This document shows positions 34,321 to 46,100 of a stretch of DNA of 64,000 nt, piece by piece. The stretch is from Thalia democratica. Its lineage: Eukaryota. Within the stretch, counting starts at the first letter, position 1. Each line of letters begins with the position of its first letter. Below the pieces are notes generated by a model. It was not told the origin of the DNA, searched no databases, and saw nothing but the letters and a program-made list of their open reading frames with translations. A program made the translations under genes and the position numbers. The stretch spans positions 27,962,001 to 28,026,000 of the forward strand of contig OZ241833.1 of NCBI GenBank assembly GCA_965202585.1, written 5' to 3'.

Positions 34321-35612
34321 ATATGTATCAAAAGTGAGAGGGAAGGTCCATCTTCAATTTTTCAAAGGTGTTGTAAAAGCTCTTTTTTGAAATCACCCAG
34401 GTTCCGGTTGCCATGGAGATAGTTCCCGTCAAATACCTGCTCAAATGTTGGTTTGATAGTTTGTTTTGTAATAACTTTTTAAGTGCTTGTACAACTAGTA
34501 AGTTGATTTTTATTGTTTTAAGATTGCTGTTTATTAAAGTTTAGAAAACTCCATGTTGGTTTTCACTTATTTTTGCTAATGATAATTTAATTATTGAATA
34601 CAAACGATTAGCAACAGTACTCTCAATAGCCTCCAAACAACAACAATGAGCAAAATTGAAAAAATTTCAGAAACAAGTTTGTTTATTAATTGTTTTCGGA
34701 ATAAACTTGCACACATTTACTTAACTTTGATGTTTCGGTATTCCAGCGTTAAATTTAAATCTGTTTAGAACGAAAAATATTCTGAAGAAAATTTTAAACT
34801 TATAGTTGTTTAATCTTTAAAAACAGGTTAATTATACAAAGTTTTTGTGTATATATGCTAGGTAAAAAATTTTTAGCGTTTTTCTTTCGATATTCCAGCA
34901 TTAATTTGAGTTCTATTAAGCAAACAAAAATCTGAAAAAAGCTTTGATGTAGTAGGTATTTAATAGTGTACAATGTTTGAGATAACTTGGTGTCGCCGTT
35001 GTTTTAAATATAGAATAAACAGATTTTTTTTAATTAATCAAGCTTTTTTGAGGTGCATAAAAACTTCGTTTTTTGTTTTATTTTTAATTTTATCTGAATT
35101 TTCATTATAGAATGTTTGTTAAGTTATAGTAATAAGTAATAATTTCTAATATATAACATCAAACGTTTCTTAACTTTAATCATAAGCGAAATATTATTTT
35201 TTATTAGTCATTAAATTCTTAAATTTTGTTTTGACTTAGTTGCTATAAACTTTTTTTCACAAGTTTTTAATCAAGCTCTAACTTTGTCTGATAGTTGCTG
35301 AAAAAGTTAAATATATATAAGTTGCTGCTTTTATATCAATTTTAGTTATAGAATTAATCTAGCACTTAAATGTGTTGAAAAAAAGATACCCGTTTAAATA
35401 ATTGAAATAGTTAATTTTGTTAGTTTAACAGCTAAGTTTAAGTTTTTTTTTCAGGAAAGTATTTTTCTACGCTCAGCACGTAGTGCTTTCACTTCTCCGA
35501 CGATCCAACATATCCTGGTGCTATATTCATGTGAGGGAACTTCCCTTGTTCAAATTCATGTGAGGGAATTACCCTTTGTTGAAATTCATAAGAGGCAATT
35601 TTCCCTTTGATG
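34321..35612 (+). pseudogene. Decayed genomic duplicate of FCHo 3' end (copy of exon 19450 at 34321-34446; copy of last exon and 3' UTR from 35455)
   Basis: Exon copy has an internal deletion giving a premature TGA. Adjacent intron sequence is homologous. The four intervening muHD exons are not recognisable. Confidence 0.9.
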
Positions 35613-36399
35613 AGATAGTATAACAAATATTAGTTAAGACAACTATAAAAGTATAAAAACCATAAAAGTATTAGTTATTTAAAAAATATTTTATAACAAA
35701 AATTCAAGTACCTTCTACTTATTAAAGATGTTTGATAAAAGACTTAAAAACTCCTTTTTTCATTTTTTGTTTTTTTATTTGTATTTGTTTTACTATTATA
35801 AGAGTGTCTACTTTAGTCTTTTAGAACAACTATTGTACGAAAGAAATGGTCTTTGTTATTTTTCTCTTTGTTATTATAAATTTATTGTCTTTTATTTTAA
35901 CCAGTTTTTAGAAGTGTATAAAAAAAAAAAATATTTACATAAAAGGTTTTATAATGGAGAAATCTCTATTAATAAGATATTTTAACTCGTTTACAAAAGA
36001 TTAAGAGTTTAAAAGATAAAGCATATATGTTTTTTAATTAACGTAGTAAAATACTCAAAATCAACAAATAATTGTGATGTTTTTATATGTTTAAAATAGT
36101 AGCTACAAGTTTTAGACACAATTTAGTACTTTTGTAATGATTAATGGAGTTTTGATCAGTGTTAGTGTTTGAAAAGTCAAAGCTAGCGAAGTTAACAAGC
36201 GGTTTTAAGCTAGAAATAATGTAGTAGAGTAAGTTTATTATTTTTCAAAGTTCATGCTTTAAAATGAAAGCAAATATAGCTGTCTACTTGTAGATGTGAT
36301 ACTTATTAATTTTTATTCTATATATATATATAAATATAATAAAACACTACGTTTTACAAATACAATTGTTTCACTGTACTGTAAGACAGAAAAGCTTTT

Positions 36400-37805
36400 C
36401 AGTTTGTTTATTTAACTAATATTTTGAAACATAAAACAAAGTGTACTAGAAATTAGGCAAAAAACTAAAAGGGTCGTTATGTCACTAAGTAATTCATTAA
36501 AATATATAAGACTAACTAAGTTTGTAAAATAAAAGCTTGAAAAATGTTTACAGTTCTTAAAAAGTTCATTTCGTTTATTTAAAGCTAGATTTGAGTTTAA
36601 TTTTGAGATATCGTGTTTTTCCATACTGCAAAGAGTGCAGCCATATTTTAAATTGAATTTGTTTTTTGTTCGTGCTAAAATTTCCCAGTTAATGCTAAAA
36701 TTGTTATTTTTCAAACCTCAAAAATATATTTCGAAAGCGTAGTTTTTAGTCTGTATTTACTGTTGTTAAAAGAACATTTATGTCGTGTGTACCTATTTTT
36801 AAACGATAAACCTGATGAGCCAACATACTGCTTATTTTCTCTGATGTTATTATTGTCGCTCTATAGATAACATTTGTTAATTATAAATTGCCATCAACTT
36901 TGCATTTATCTCTGCAGTTGCATTGCTTTCGTTCCTCTGCCTTATTTTATAAAATTTTGCGATTATAAGACATTATCTGGCTCTTCATGTTTAACATGCA
37001 AGAGTACAAAATTTTTAACAGAAAATTTTATGGTACGGGTGCGTTGGTTTCGGCTAACAATTTCCAGGAACCGTTTACCGATTTTTTTCTCTACCGACAA
37101 AGAAAATAGTTGCGTGAAATACAGGATATTTTCCTTTTGGTCATTTTATCGATACCAGCGTTATATATCAAATCGTGCTCTTGACCTCCTTTAACTAACG
37201 CTTCCTGGTAGTACTGTTTCGCTCTATTAAAGGGCTTTCATTCTTAGATTTAGTTGTCAACCTTTTGTTGATGGATGTAGGTACTTGGTTGACAACATAT
37301 CAAAGGTGGTTTGATTGGACATTTACATATGTCGCTTGGAACTTTAGTTTTCTGTATGGTGCATAAGTGTCATTGCAAATGTCTAGCTCTACACCCAAAA
37401 AACCGATTCTTACACGATTGAAATCTGTATTTACTTTTAAGTCGAATCTTTTGAACACCTTACTGATTAACTTTCAAATTGCTTAATTATTGGGCCTGAC
37501 TTACTTTCTACGATCGCTTAGCCATCGTCTCTATAAATTACGAACTTGTTCTGCTCAAAGATATTTTCGTTCTCAAAATCATAAAGTATAAGCAACCTTA
37601 CTAATTAGTATACTTCTGCAGCATGAAAACTTCCCTGCGGTATATCAAAACCATCACCCATATCCTTCTTCCACCACGCTTGTTGTAAATAAATACTGAT
37701 TCACAGCAGTTAACTACAGTGTTTCGACTTCGTCCTTACTAATAGCGCGACAGTTTTTAGCTAATGCTAGTGCTTCTAGCAGCCTATTGCTAGAAATACT
37801 AGGGT
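36400..37805 (-). mobile_element. 5'-truncated degenerate Penelope-like retroelement (RT + C-terminal GIY-YIG)
   Basis: Minus-strand peptides WWKKDMGDGFDIPQGSFHAAEV, IYRDDG*, FLGVELD…YVNVQSNH, YSCMLNM, CNCRDKC, NVIYRAT…QYVGS…FKNRY and WEIL…CTLCSMEK…LNKRNEL…CKH, with stops and frameshifts. Confidence 0.9.
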
Positions 37806-39447
37806 TTATATATACATATATATATATTTCGTAACGTAATATTTAAATGAGTTATGATCAAAATACGTTAAACTATTGAAAAGTTTTTGCGAATTGTCTT
37901 GTTTAAACTGTTCTTTTATTAACTGTTAGTATAACTTTAAAATAAGTTAATTTAGTTATAAGTAGACTTTTAATTATTATTTTTTTGCTTTTATGTTGCT
38001 ATACTTAAAATTAGCTTTTACTTTTTATAAATGTTATTAATTTTCTTTTTTTGTAGCACGTTTTATTACCATTTTAAACTATAACTGAAAAAAATATATA
38101 TGAATCTACTATGTTTCTTTTTATAGTTAAATTTTTACTGTGTTTTTGAAGATAAACTTAAAGTAAGTCAGATGAATACATATATTTAGACAGTTTTAAC
38201 AAAAATTATTAAAATTAAAAAATAGAAAAATTTTCGTAAAAATGGTGTGTTTTTACAGAAATTTTATTTACCAAAAACTATAGACAAATTAAAAAAAATA
38301 TTCAAAAATATAAATTTAAGCGTTTGTTAACAAAAGATCCTATCGAAACAAGTTCATTGGAATATATAATAATAACAAATTATACAGTATCCTTTCTTTA
38401 TTACAAGAAAACATGTTTCTGTGTGTTAACGGATTAACACACTTCAACGGAGCTCTGTAAAGAAATAAATATTGTAAGGAAAGAATAGAAGCTCAATAAA
38501 GTAGATATATACATGTGTCCATTAAAAATAAACTAATTGCTGTAGGTTTTAATAGAGTAATTGTTAATAACAGATAAAATACGTTATGTTAAATCCGACT
38601 GTTATAAAACTATACAATACTTGTAATTATTAAATAAATTAAAGTAAAAATTCAAAATAAAATAACAAATCATAATATAAACTACTTACATGAAATCAAG
38701 AAAGTACTAATTTTAAATATTTACTGGTTACTAATCTTTCAAAAAAATATCTAGTATTTACGTCAAGATATTTAGCTCTTATATAAAAACATTTAATACA
38801 AATTAAAATATTTTATTTCAGGTTTTTTTACGATGAAACAATAATACTAAACTTCAAAGCTATTTAAATTATTATTCTATATTAAAATAACGATACAAAA
38901 TCTCATCAAAAACTTTATGTTTTTAATTGCACATTAAGTTAAATTAAATAATAAGCTATGACATAAAATTCTAACGAAATTTTAAGTCATTATTTGGAAT
39001 AAATGCTATAAGTCAAATATATTCAATGTACTTACAATCATAGCTGTGATAGATAGCTTAACATTTTTATAATTATTGTACATTTGTTTGTATAGTTAAA
39101 GCATTATATAAACCAGAAATCAACACGAAAGGCAAGATACTATTAAGTACTGTAATAATAATAATAATAAAGCGTTTACGTTTAGTTTCATTTATTGGAT
39201 TTAAGCTTTAAAAATTATCAAATAAATTAAAGCAGTTTAATACTATACACATTTATGTTTTTTTTTTGTTTTTAGATAGGTTGTAGATAAAATAACAATA
39301 TGTTTCAAATTGAAAATGTTCTTTAAAAAAACAACAAAAAAATTTATACTTTTTATTTTGAAAACATTGTTTAGTAACATTTAATAAAAAAAATTTAGCT
39401 TTTAAGCTCTAAGCTTTCAGATATGCTAACGATTTTTGAAATAAGTT

Positions 39448-42141
39448 TCAAAAAATATTGTTTTCATGTTCCCACTTTTTGTACAGCTCTGTTTCCCAAG
39501 TATTTGTAATTCTTTCCTCGAGGTTCGAACTTTCTTTTTTCCTGACTTCATTCTCGAAGCTTATGATGGACGATCGGACACCAAACCGAAAATGCTTTGT
39601 TTTTTCTGAAATTCCATAACTTTTTGAAAGCAACTTGCCTATGGCTTCCTTCATTTGGTCGTTGTGGTATTTAGTCATACTAGCTCTTTGATTTTCTCTT
39701 TCGCTGGACCAGCCTAAAGAGAAAAATCGTTTAACCTTTTTGTGTTCAAAACTTTTAATTTTTTTGTTCATTGCACTTTCGTAATGTGTGTGTAAACCAC
39801 CTAACTGATCTGAGTAGAACAGTCTGATTTCGCATTCAACTTTTTCGCATTCAACCAACTCAAGGTTTATTTGTATTTCATAAGCTAAATGTTTATTTTC
39901 AATTATTACAAACAATCGAGATTTTCGCTCTGTTTCGTACTTTTTGTATTCCTCTATTAAATTCTCTGAACAATCACCAAAAACTTTCAAATTCGAATAA
40001 AACTTTTGGTTCAGCTTTGCAAAGTATTCAAGAACTTCACCTTTTTCAAACTTACTAGCTTCTTCGAGCTCTTCTTTAGTGCTTATAGATTTAAACCGTC
40101 CGGTCATTTTTTGCTGGTACTCTTTGACTGACATTTCGACATTGTTGTCATACGCTGACTGTACTTGGAATATTTGTCTGTACTTTTGCTTATTTTTGTT
40201 TGTCTTGTTTTTAAAATAAGCACAGTGTTGATCGATGTCACTGTTTAGTTTTATCTCTACTTTTGCTATTGTACTTTTTATGTTTATCTTTGAAACTTTA
40301 AATACAAAGTTTGGAACTTCAATCAAATCATTTTTTGTTTCCTCTTGAAACTCAGATACAATCTGTTTTTTGAACTCGTTTAGTACTTTGTCGTCAATTT
40401 GTTTATCGTTTTCTGCTTTATCATCCACTATTTCATAGATTTTCGACTTGTACTTAGATAAAAACAGCTCCGCTCTTTCTCTACATCGTTTTTCTGCTTT
40501 TGTTTTGATAACTTCCCTCTGAGCTTCTTCTACTATGAACGTATACAGAAAATGTTTTTCATTGTCTACTATTTTTGTTGTTAGCTTGTTAATGCAATTT
40601 CTTTTCGTTTCATCAATATAGCCATCCCTGACTTTGAATGTATAGACGCTTTCATCAAGCAGTATTTCTTGTAAAAAGCTGTTCAGCGTGGCTAATGCCT
40701 TTGCTTTGAGAACCAGTTGAAAATCTGTTAATAAAGTTATGTTATCTACGTAAAGTTTACACTTTTCTTCTAAATCATTTTTGTACTCAGACATAATCGT
40801 TTTTTCTTGAGCATAATACTTTTTTTCAGCTTCATATTTCTTAATATCTTGATCAATTTTCTCCGCCTTTAACTTTTCTTGCAACGATTTAATTTTTTTA
40901 TCTATCAAACTGTTTAAAGTTTTTTTTATTCTTATTTTGTATTTTTCGTTCAGGTTTTTTGTCTTCTTAAATTCGTCACATGCAAGTTTTTTAGCGTCAT
41001 TATGAACTTTTAGCAGCTTGTCTGTAGAATCTATAAATTTTTTACACTGGCTGCTCAACATATTTTTGTAAATTTCAAAGCTCTTGTCAACATTATTACG
41101 GTAATAAAACTCAGCAAAGGCCTGAGCGGGCCTTTTCGAGTCTGGGATATCTTTATCATTGTATGCATTAACGTACAAACCAACTAAACTGACAAAACTT
41201 TCACAGTTTATTTCAGCGCCACCCGCAGATTTGATTTTGATGTTTGCCGGAGTGAGCATGGACGAAATCAGCTCTTTAAGCTTCTCCCTGAAAGAAGCAT
41301 CTATGTTCCCCAATGATCCACGATAGTCGGTGCTCCTGCTAAGAGAGCTTCCGGGGTGAAGTAGCAGAAAACAGCTGAGTTTTTCAAAGCAAGACTTCAG
41401 CGTCTCTCTCAGCTCTCTTAGCTCGCTATCATTCGTTCTGCTCGTTTCTCCGAGCAATTTGTCGTTTAAGTACTTGTTTCCTCCGTCGTACCCGTGCTTG
41501 TAAGCTTCCGGCCACGGCCAGTCGCGCACCAAGTACGTGATGTCCTGAAACGGCTTATCCTCGAACGCTTCCAAGTGGAGCATGGCGAAAGAGGTGAACA
41601 TGTCCAGGTGTTCCAGGTCGTTTTTTTGTATCTGCTTGCTCAGGTTGTAGATCTGCATGCTGCTGAGAAGCGTGCAGAGGGAAAAGAAGGTGATGCTCTC
41701 CTTGTTCGTCGATTCCGAGTCGAACACCCCCTGGCAGTCCATCAGCAGGACGGCGACTTCTTTCTCCTTCGACACCTTGATCCTGAACACCTTGTTCCAC
41801 ACGAGCACCCCGGAGGTCTCCTTGTTGCACCCGCCCCTCCAGCGGAACCCTTCCAAGTTGAAATCGTCGCCCTCCTCTCCCAGCCAGTCTTCGGAGCACT
41901 GGCCGCTGAGCCACCTGACGAAGCAACTGAGCAGAAAGGACTTGCCCAGGCGGAAAGGACCGCACACCGAGATGACGACCGCGGGTAAATCTTGCGCTCC
42001 GTTCTCTCGTATTATGGACTCGAAGGCCTCTTTGTCGTAAAAGAACTCGTCGACCCGAGATCTGTAGCTGATGATGGTTTTCGCTTCGGCTCGGGCGTTT
42101 TGGCTCATTGTAAGTGTATGCTTAAAAATTATTGCTGTCAA
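39448..42141 (-). CDS. Intronless atlastin/GBP-family large GTPase with extended helical tail; likely ATG at 42108 (885 aa)
   Basis: G1 GPFRLGKSFL, GFRWRGG..ETSG..VW, G3 LLMDCQG, KPFQ..TYLVRDW (G4 RD) are all atlastin-specific contexts; 2.7-kb uninterrupted ORF. Confidence 0.93.
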   Translation of the reverse strand: MTAIIFKHTLTMSQNARAEAKTIISYRSRVDEFFYDKEAFESIIRENGAQDLPAVVISVCGPFRLGKSFLLSCFVRWLSGQCSEDWLGEEGDDFNLEGFRWRGGCNKETSGVLVWNKVFRIKVSKEKEVAVLLMDCQGVFDSESTNKESITFFSLCTLLSSMQIYNLSKQIQKNDLEHLDMFTSFAMLHLEAFEDKPFQDITYLVRDWPWPEAYKHGYDGGNKYLNDKLLGETSRTNDSELRELRETLKSCFEKLSCFLLLHPGSSLSRSTDYRGSLGNIDASFREKLKELISSMLTPANIKIKSAGGAEINCESFVSLVGLYVNAYNDKDIPDSKRPAQAFAEFYYRNNVDKSFEIYKNMLSSQCKKFIDSTDKLLKVHNDAKKLACDEFKKTKNLNEKYKIRIKKTLNSLIDKKIKSLQEKLKAEKIDQDIKKYEAEKKYYAQEKTIMSEYKNDLEEKCKLYVDNITLLTDFQLVLKAKALATLNSFLQEILLDESVYTFKVRDGYIDETKRNCINKLTTKIVDNEKHFLYTFIVEEAQREVIKTKAEKRCRERAELFLSKYKSKIYEIVDDKAENDKQIDDKVLNEFKKQIVSEFQEETKNDLIEVPNFVFKVSKINIKSTIAKVEIKLNSDIDQHCAYFKNKTNKNKQKYRQIFQVQSAYDNNVEMSVKEYQQKMTGRFKSISTKEELEEASKFEKGEVLEYFAKLNQKFYSNLKVFGDCSENLIEEYKKYETERKSRLFVIIENKHLAYEIQINLELVECEKVECEIRLFYSDQLGGLHTHYESAMNKKIKSFEHKKVKRFFSLGWSSERENQRASMTKYHNDQMKEAIGKLLSKSYGISEKTKHFRFGVRSSIISFENEVRKKESSNLEERITNTWETELYKKWEHENNIF

Positions 42142-42352
42142 AACAGTGTTGAAGTAAACTGTATCATAATAAGTAAAAACAACAACTATAGTAGTTAAAT
42201 TTTAAACTAAGTTTACAACTAGAAGCTTTTGGTTAACTTTTTTTTCAAATCAGTAATCAACTAAGCCAGGGCTTCTTAAAGTGGGTGATATCGCCCCTTT
42301 TGACAATTTGAAGCTATTTAGGCTTTCAATAACAAGTAGCTAGTGAAAGTAT

Positions 42353-43040
42353 GGGAACGGGTCAAAATTGCGCGAGGGGACTAAATAGCACGAAGACAAA
42401 ATTGCACGAGGGGGAAAGATGGCACGAAGACAATTTTGAACCAAGGGTCAACTTTGTACAAGTTACAATTTTGCACGAGATTAAAAAACAGAAATATAAA
42501 TAGATACAAAAATGTAAAATATAAATTAATAAAAGAACAGAAAGAAAAAAAGGTTACTGACCGAAGGTAAGGGTCAGGGGTAACAGTGATAGTAAAAATA
42601 GAAATAAAGAAATAACTAATAAAAATTATTGAAAAAAATAAAAATATAAGAATATTAAATTAATAAAAAAAAAAAGCTACCGATCGAGGGTAAAGGTTAA
42701 GGGTAACAGCAATAGTAAAAAAACAAAAAAAATCAATAATTGGTTAAAAAAGTAGTTACTGATTGAGGGTAAGGGTTAGAGGTAGCAGTGATAGTAAAAA
42801 AAAAATAAAAAAAGTTATTAAAATAATATTTAAAAAAATTAAAATTTTGAAAATTAAAAACAATAAACATATAAATAAGAAAAACTAAAATAAAATAAAA
42901 ATTTCAAATGAAAAACAAAATAAAAATTAAACCCGTGAAAAAATGTCTACGTCAAAATTGTCTGCTCGTGCATAATTATCTTTGTGTAGTTTTGTGCCTT
43001 CGTGCAATTTTTTCCCCTCGTGCAAATTTGACAGGTACTC
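42353..43040. mobile_element. Mutator-like MITE with TTGCACGA subterminal repeats
   Basis: TIR gggaacgggtcaaaattgc / gcaaatttgacaggtactc; 9-bp flanks tgaaagtat / taaaagtat. Confidence 0.85.
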
Positions 43041-43189
43041 TAAAAGTATAAACGGGTGTATAAACTAGTAAAGCGACATAATTTAATATCAGGGACGGTT
43101 TTTTTTTCTGCGTAATAAGTGATTATGAAAATAAATTTAGGAAATTCTGATTAGAGCTTTAGAATTTTTGTGAAGTAGTTGTAAAAATT

Positions 43190-46100
43190 GGAAGCCAATC
43201 GTTTCAATTCGTGATCAGTTTAAACTCGATTGTTTTAACTGCGATATATTCAAACTCAATAATTTTAAACTTGATCATTAGAAACTTTAAGTTTTCAAAT
43301 TTAATCATTTTAAACACTTAATTGTTCGACAATACCGTACAATATAATACAACTATCAATAAAAAAATAACTGTATAAAAACAAATCAACAAGCTTTGTA
43401 ATACTAGTTGCCTTTAAAATCTGACTGAAGACGTTTTTGTTTGGTTCGCCAAAAACATTTGAACTTGTATAATACAATTACAAAGTTATATTGATAAACT
43501 ATAAAAAGTTTAATTTTTTTCATTCTCTCTCAAATAACCAAAATAATACTGCATGCAACTTTTTAAAAGGCGTTGTAATTTTTGATGCGTTTTGATTTGA
43601 AAAGTGAAATAATTTCATTCTTCAATAAATTACTTTTAACAGATTGAATATTTGTACTTGTATATATGCACAACTGTTTTTCAATAAGTTTTAGTATAAT
43701 TAGTTTTTGAAATGTTTGTTCATGTATTTCCTGGTTTTACTAGCTAGTTTAAATAAAAGTATATACTAAAAATGACAAATATTAGTTTTTTAATTCTAAT
43801 CAATTAAAAAAAAAATCTATAGAAATTTACTTTAAGAAGAAAATAACAAGTTTCGCTACATATTTATTAGTAATAAACTAATCGCAAAATTAAGCACAAT
43901 TCATAAACAAAAGAGAAATAAACTTCAAATGGAAGTAATAATTATAAGCTGTGAACAAATTACTACAAAACCACAAAAACTATAAGTTGTAAAAAAAGTC
44001 GTAAAGCAAAATTTGATTTTTGTTTCATGTTTTTAACAGAAAGTTTCTTTTGCTGCTTAATAATTTTGTTGTTGTTTTAATTTAAGCAACGTAAAAAATA
44101 GGTAATGATATTACTTTTCAATAATGCATACACTAAATAAAAAGTGGGACTTTTTTAATGTCTAATTTTGATAATCACGTCATTTTATATCGTTTATTTA
44201 AACCGGCATGATTTAAAAAATAACAGCTATGGGCGATCTCATCTCCTTTAAAATATTCAAGTTTAATAAAACGGTTTCTATTATCATATTTATTAAAAGT
44301 CAGGTAAATAATGCTTTAAATACGGTCTTTTATTATCTTAAAACTTAATAGTAACTTTTTTGTTAGAAAAGTTATTAAAGTCGAAAAACTTTTGACACCG
44401 ATAAAAGACTAAACTTTGAAAACACATTACCACATGCTTATTTAAAGTTGCACTAATTTGATAACTCAAAATCATTAAAGCTATGTAAAGTAGATTGTTA
44501 CAAAATTTATTGTTAGTCAAACTTTTCTGAGCAAAAATAATTACAAAATGTACTTATGTTTTTTTCTAAATATCAACTCAAATTTAAAATAGCTGTTAAT
44601 AACTAAATATTTTTTTTTAGTTATGCTACATAATCATTTATTTAGATGATGGTGTAAAACAAAAAAGTAATTATTGTATTAGTAATTTTAAAACATACTT
44701 AAAAAAAACGTTTTTTTTTTGCAATTATCTATGGCAAGATAACTTTAAGATACTTTAGTACCTGTGTTGTTAATTTTAACTAATATTGATAAGGTTTTAG
44801 TTAACATAAATTAAATGCTTATCTCTTTTGTTGTATAGATTTGTATACCATGCAATATAATACAACTATCACACAGCTCAAAAAGTAACCAAGTACCTTA
44901 CGTATTTAATGTTTAATCATGAAATAACTGTACCTACTAATAAAAACACTTCAAAACAACGTAGTTTCTACTTTAAATAACATAAAACTGTCAATACCTT
45001 CAAATGTTTTAACAAAATATAAAACCTGCAATATTTTTCCATTCTATGAAAGTTTTACCCTGAGATTTCAGTTTGGAAAGTTTAACACTGTTTGTTCGTT
45101 ATGGGGAAATTATAAAGGTTCTAAGGAAATAGGAGGTTTTTAAGGGGGTTTTCAATTTGGAAAGTTTTACACTGGTTGTTTTTATGGGGAAGTTCTAAAG
45201 GTTTTCTAAGGAGAGTTTTACCCAGAGTTTTTTCATTTGGAAAGTTTTACACTAATTGTTTTTTATATATAAATTCTAAATGTATTCAATAATGAAAGTT
45301 TCACCCGGGGTTTTCAAATTGGAATTTCTTTCTACTGGTTGTTTTTTTATGGGGAAACATTTTAATGTTTTCTAAAGAAAGTTTTGTATCTTTTTTATCA
45401 AAGGTTAAGTTAATTATACTCATTTATAAACCACAAGTATACTAAGTTATTTGAAAAATGTTTATAAACTTCAAATAACTCTATACTCTACTCACAACTA
45501 AACTTATCATAAAAGATAATACTTTTATTATTTCGTAACATGTGCATTTAATCTTTAGTCATCTTATCCAAAATTGTAAATCTAAATCTAATTATTTATG
45601 TTAATCTAAAGTAAACTAGGTTAAAAAATTGGAAACAGTTCTAAATTGCACGAGGTTACTAAATTGCAAGAGAAAAAATTGCACGAGTGGACAAAATTGC
45701 ACGGAGCCAACTTTTCACGAGTTACATTTTTGCACGGCAGTAAAACAAACGTAGTAAAAAATAAAAAAAGAAAAAAAGAAAAAGATAATTAAAAAAAAAT
45801 ATTGACCGAGGGTAAGGGTTAGGGGTAACAGTGATAGTAAAAAAAATAAAAAATATATAAATTGAAATAAATAAAATAAATAAAAAAAAACAAAAAACAC
45901 TTAAAAAGAAAAATAACTTATAAACCGAGGGTAAGGGTTAGGGGTAACAATGATAGTAAAAAAGTATAATTAAGAAAATACAACCCATGCAAAAATTTCT
46001 CCGTCCAATTTTATCTTCGTGCAATTTTATTCCCTTGTGCAAAAGTGTCTTCGCGAAAAAGTGTCTTCGTGCTAAAGTATATTCGTGCAATTTTGTGCAC

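Noticed and set aside
36812-36819. CTGATGAG hammerhead core near the PLE
   Set aside because: Lies antisense within GIY-YIG coding sequence, with no flanking stems or GAAA partner.
69-42141. Functional clustering of two membrane-remodelling genes (FCHo and atlastin-like)
   Set aside because: They are 17 kb apart, convergent, and separated by unrelated genes and TEs; no evidence beyond coincidence.
41494-42198. ORFs 41494-41988, 41555-41965, 41657-42040, 41992-42198
   Set aside because: Shadows of the GC-rich GTPase coding region.
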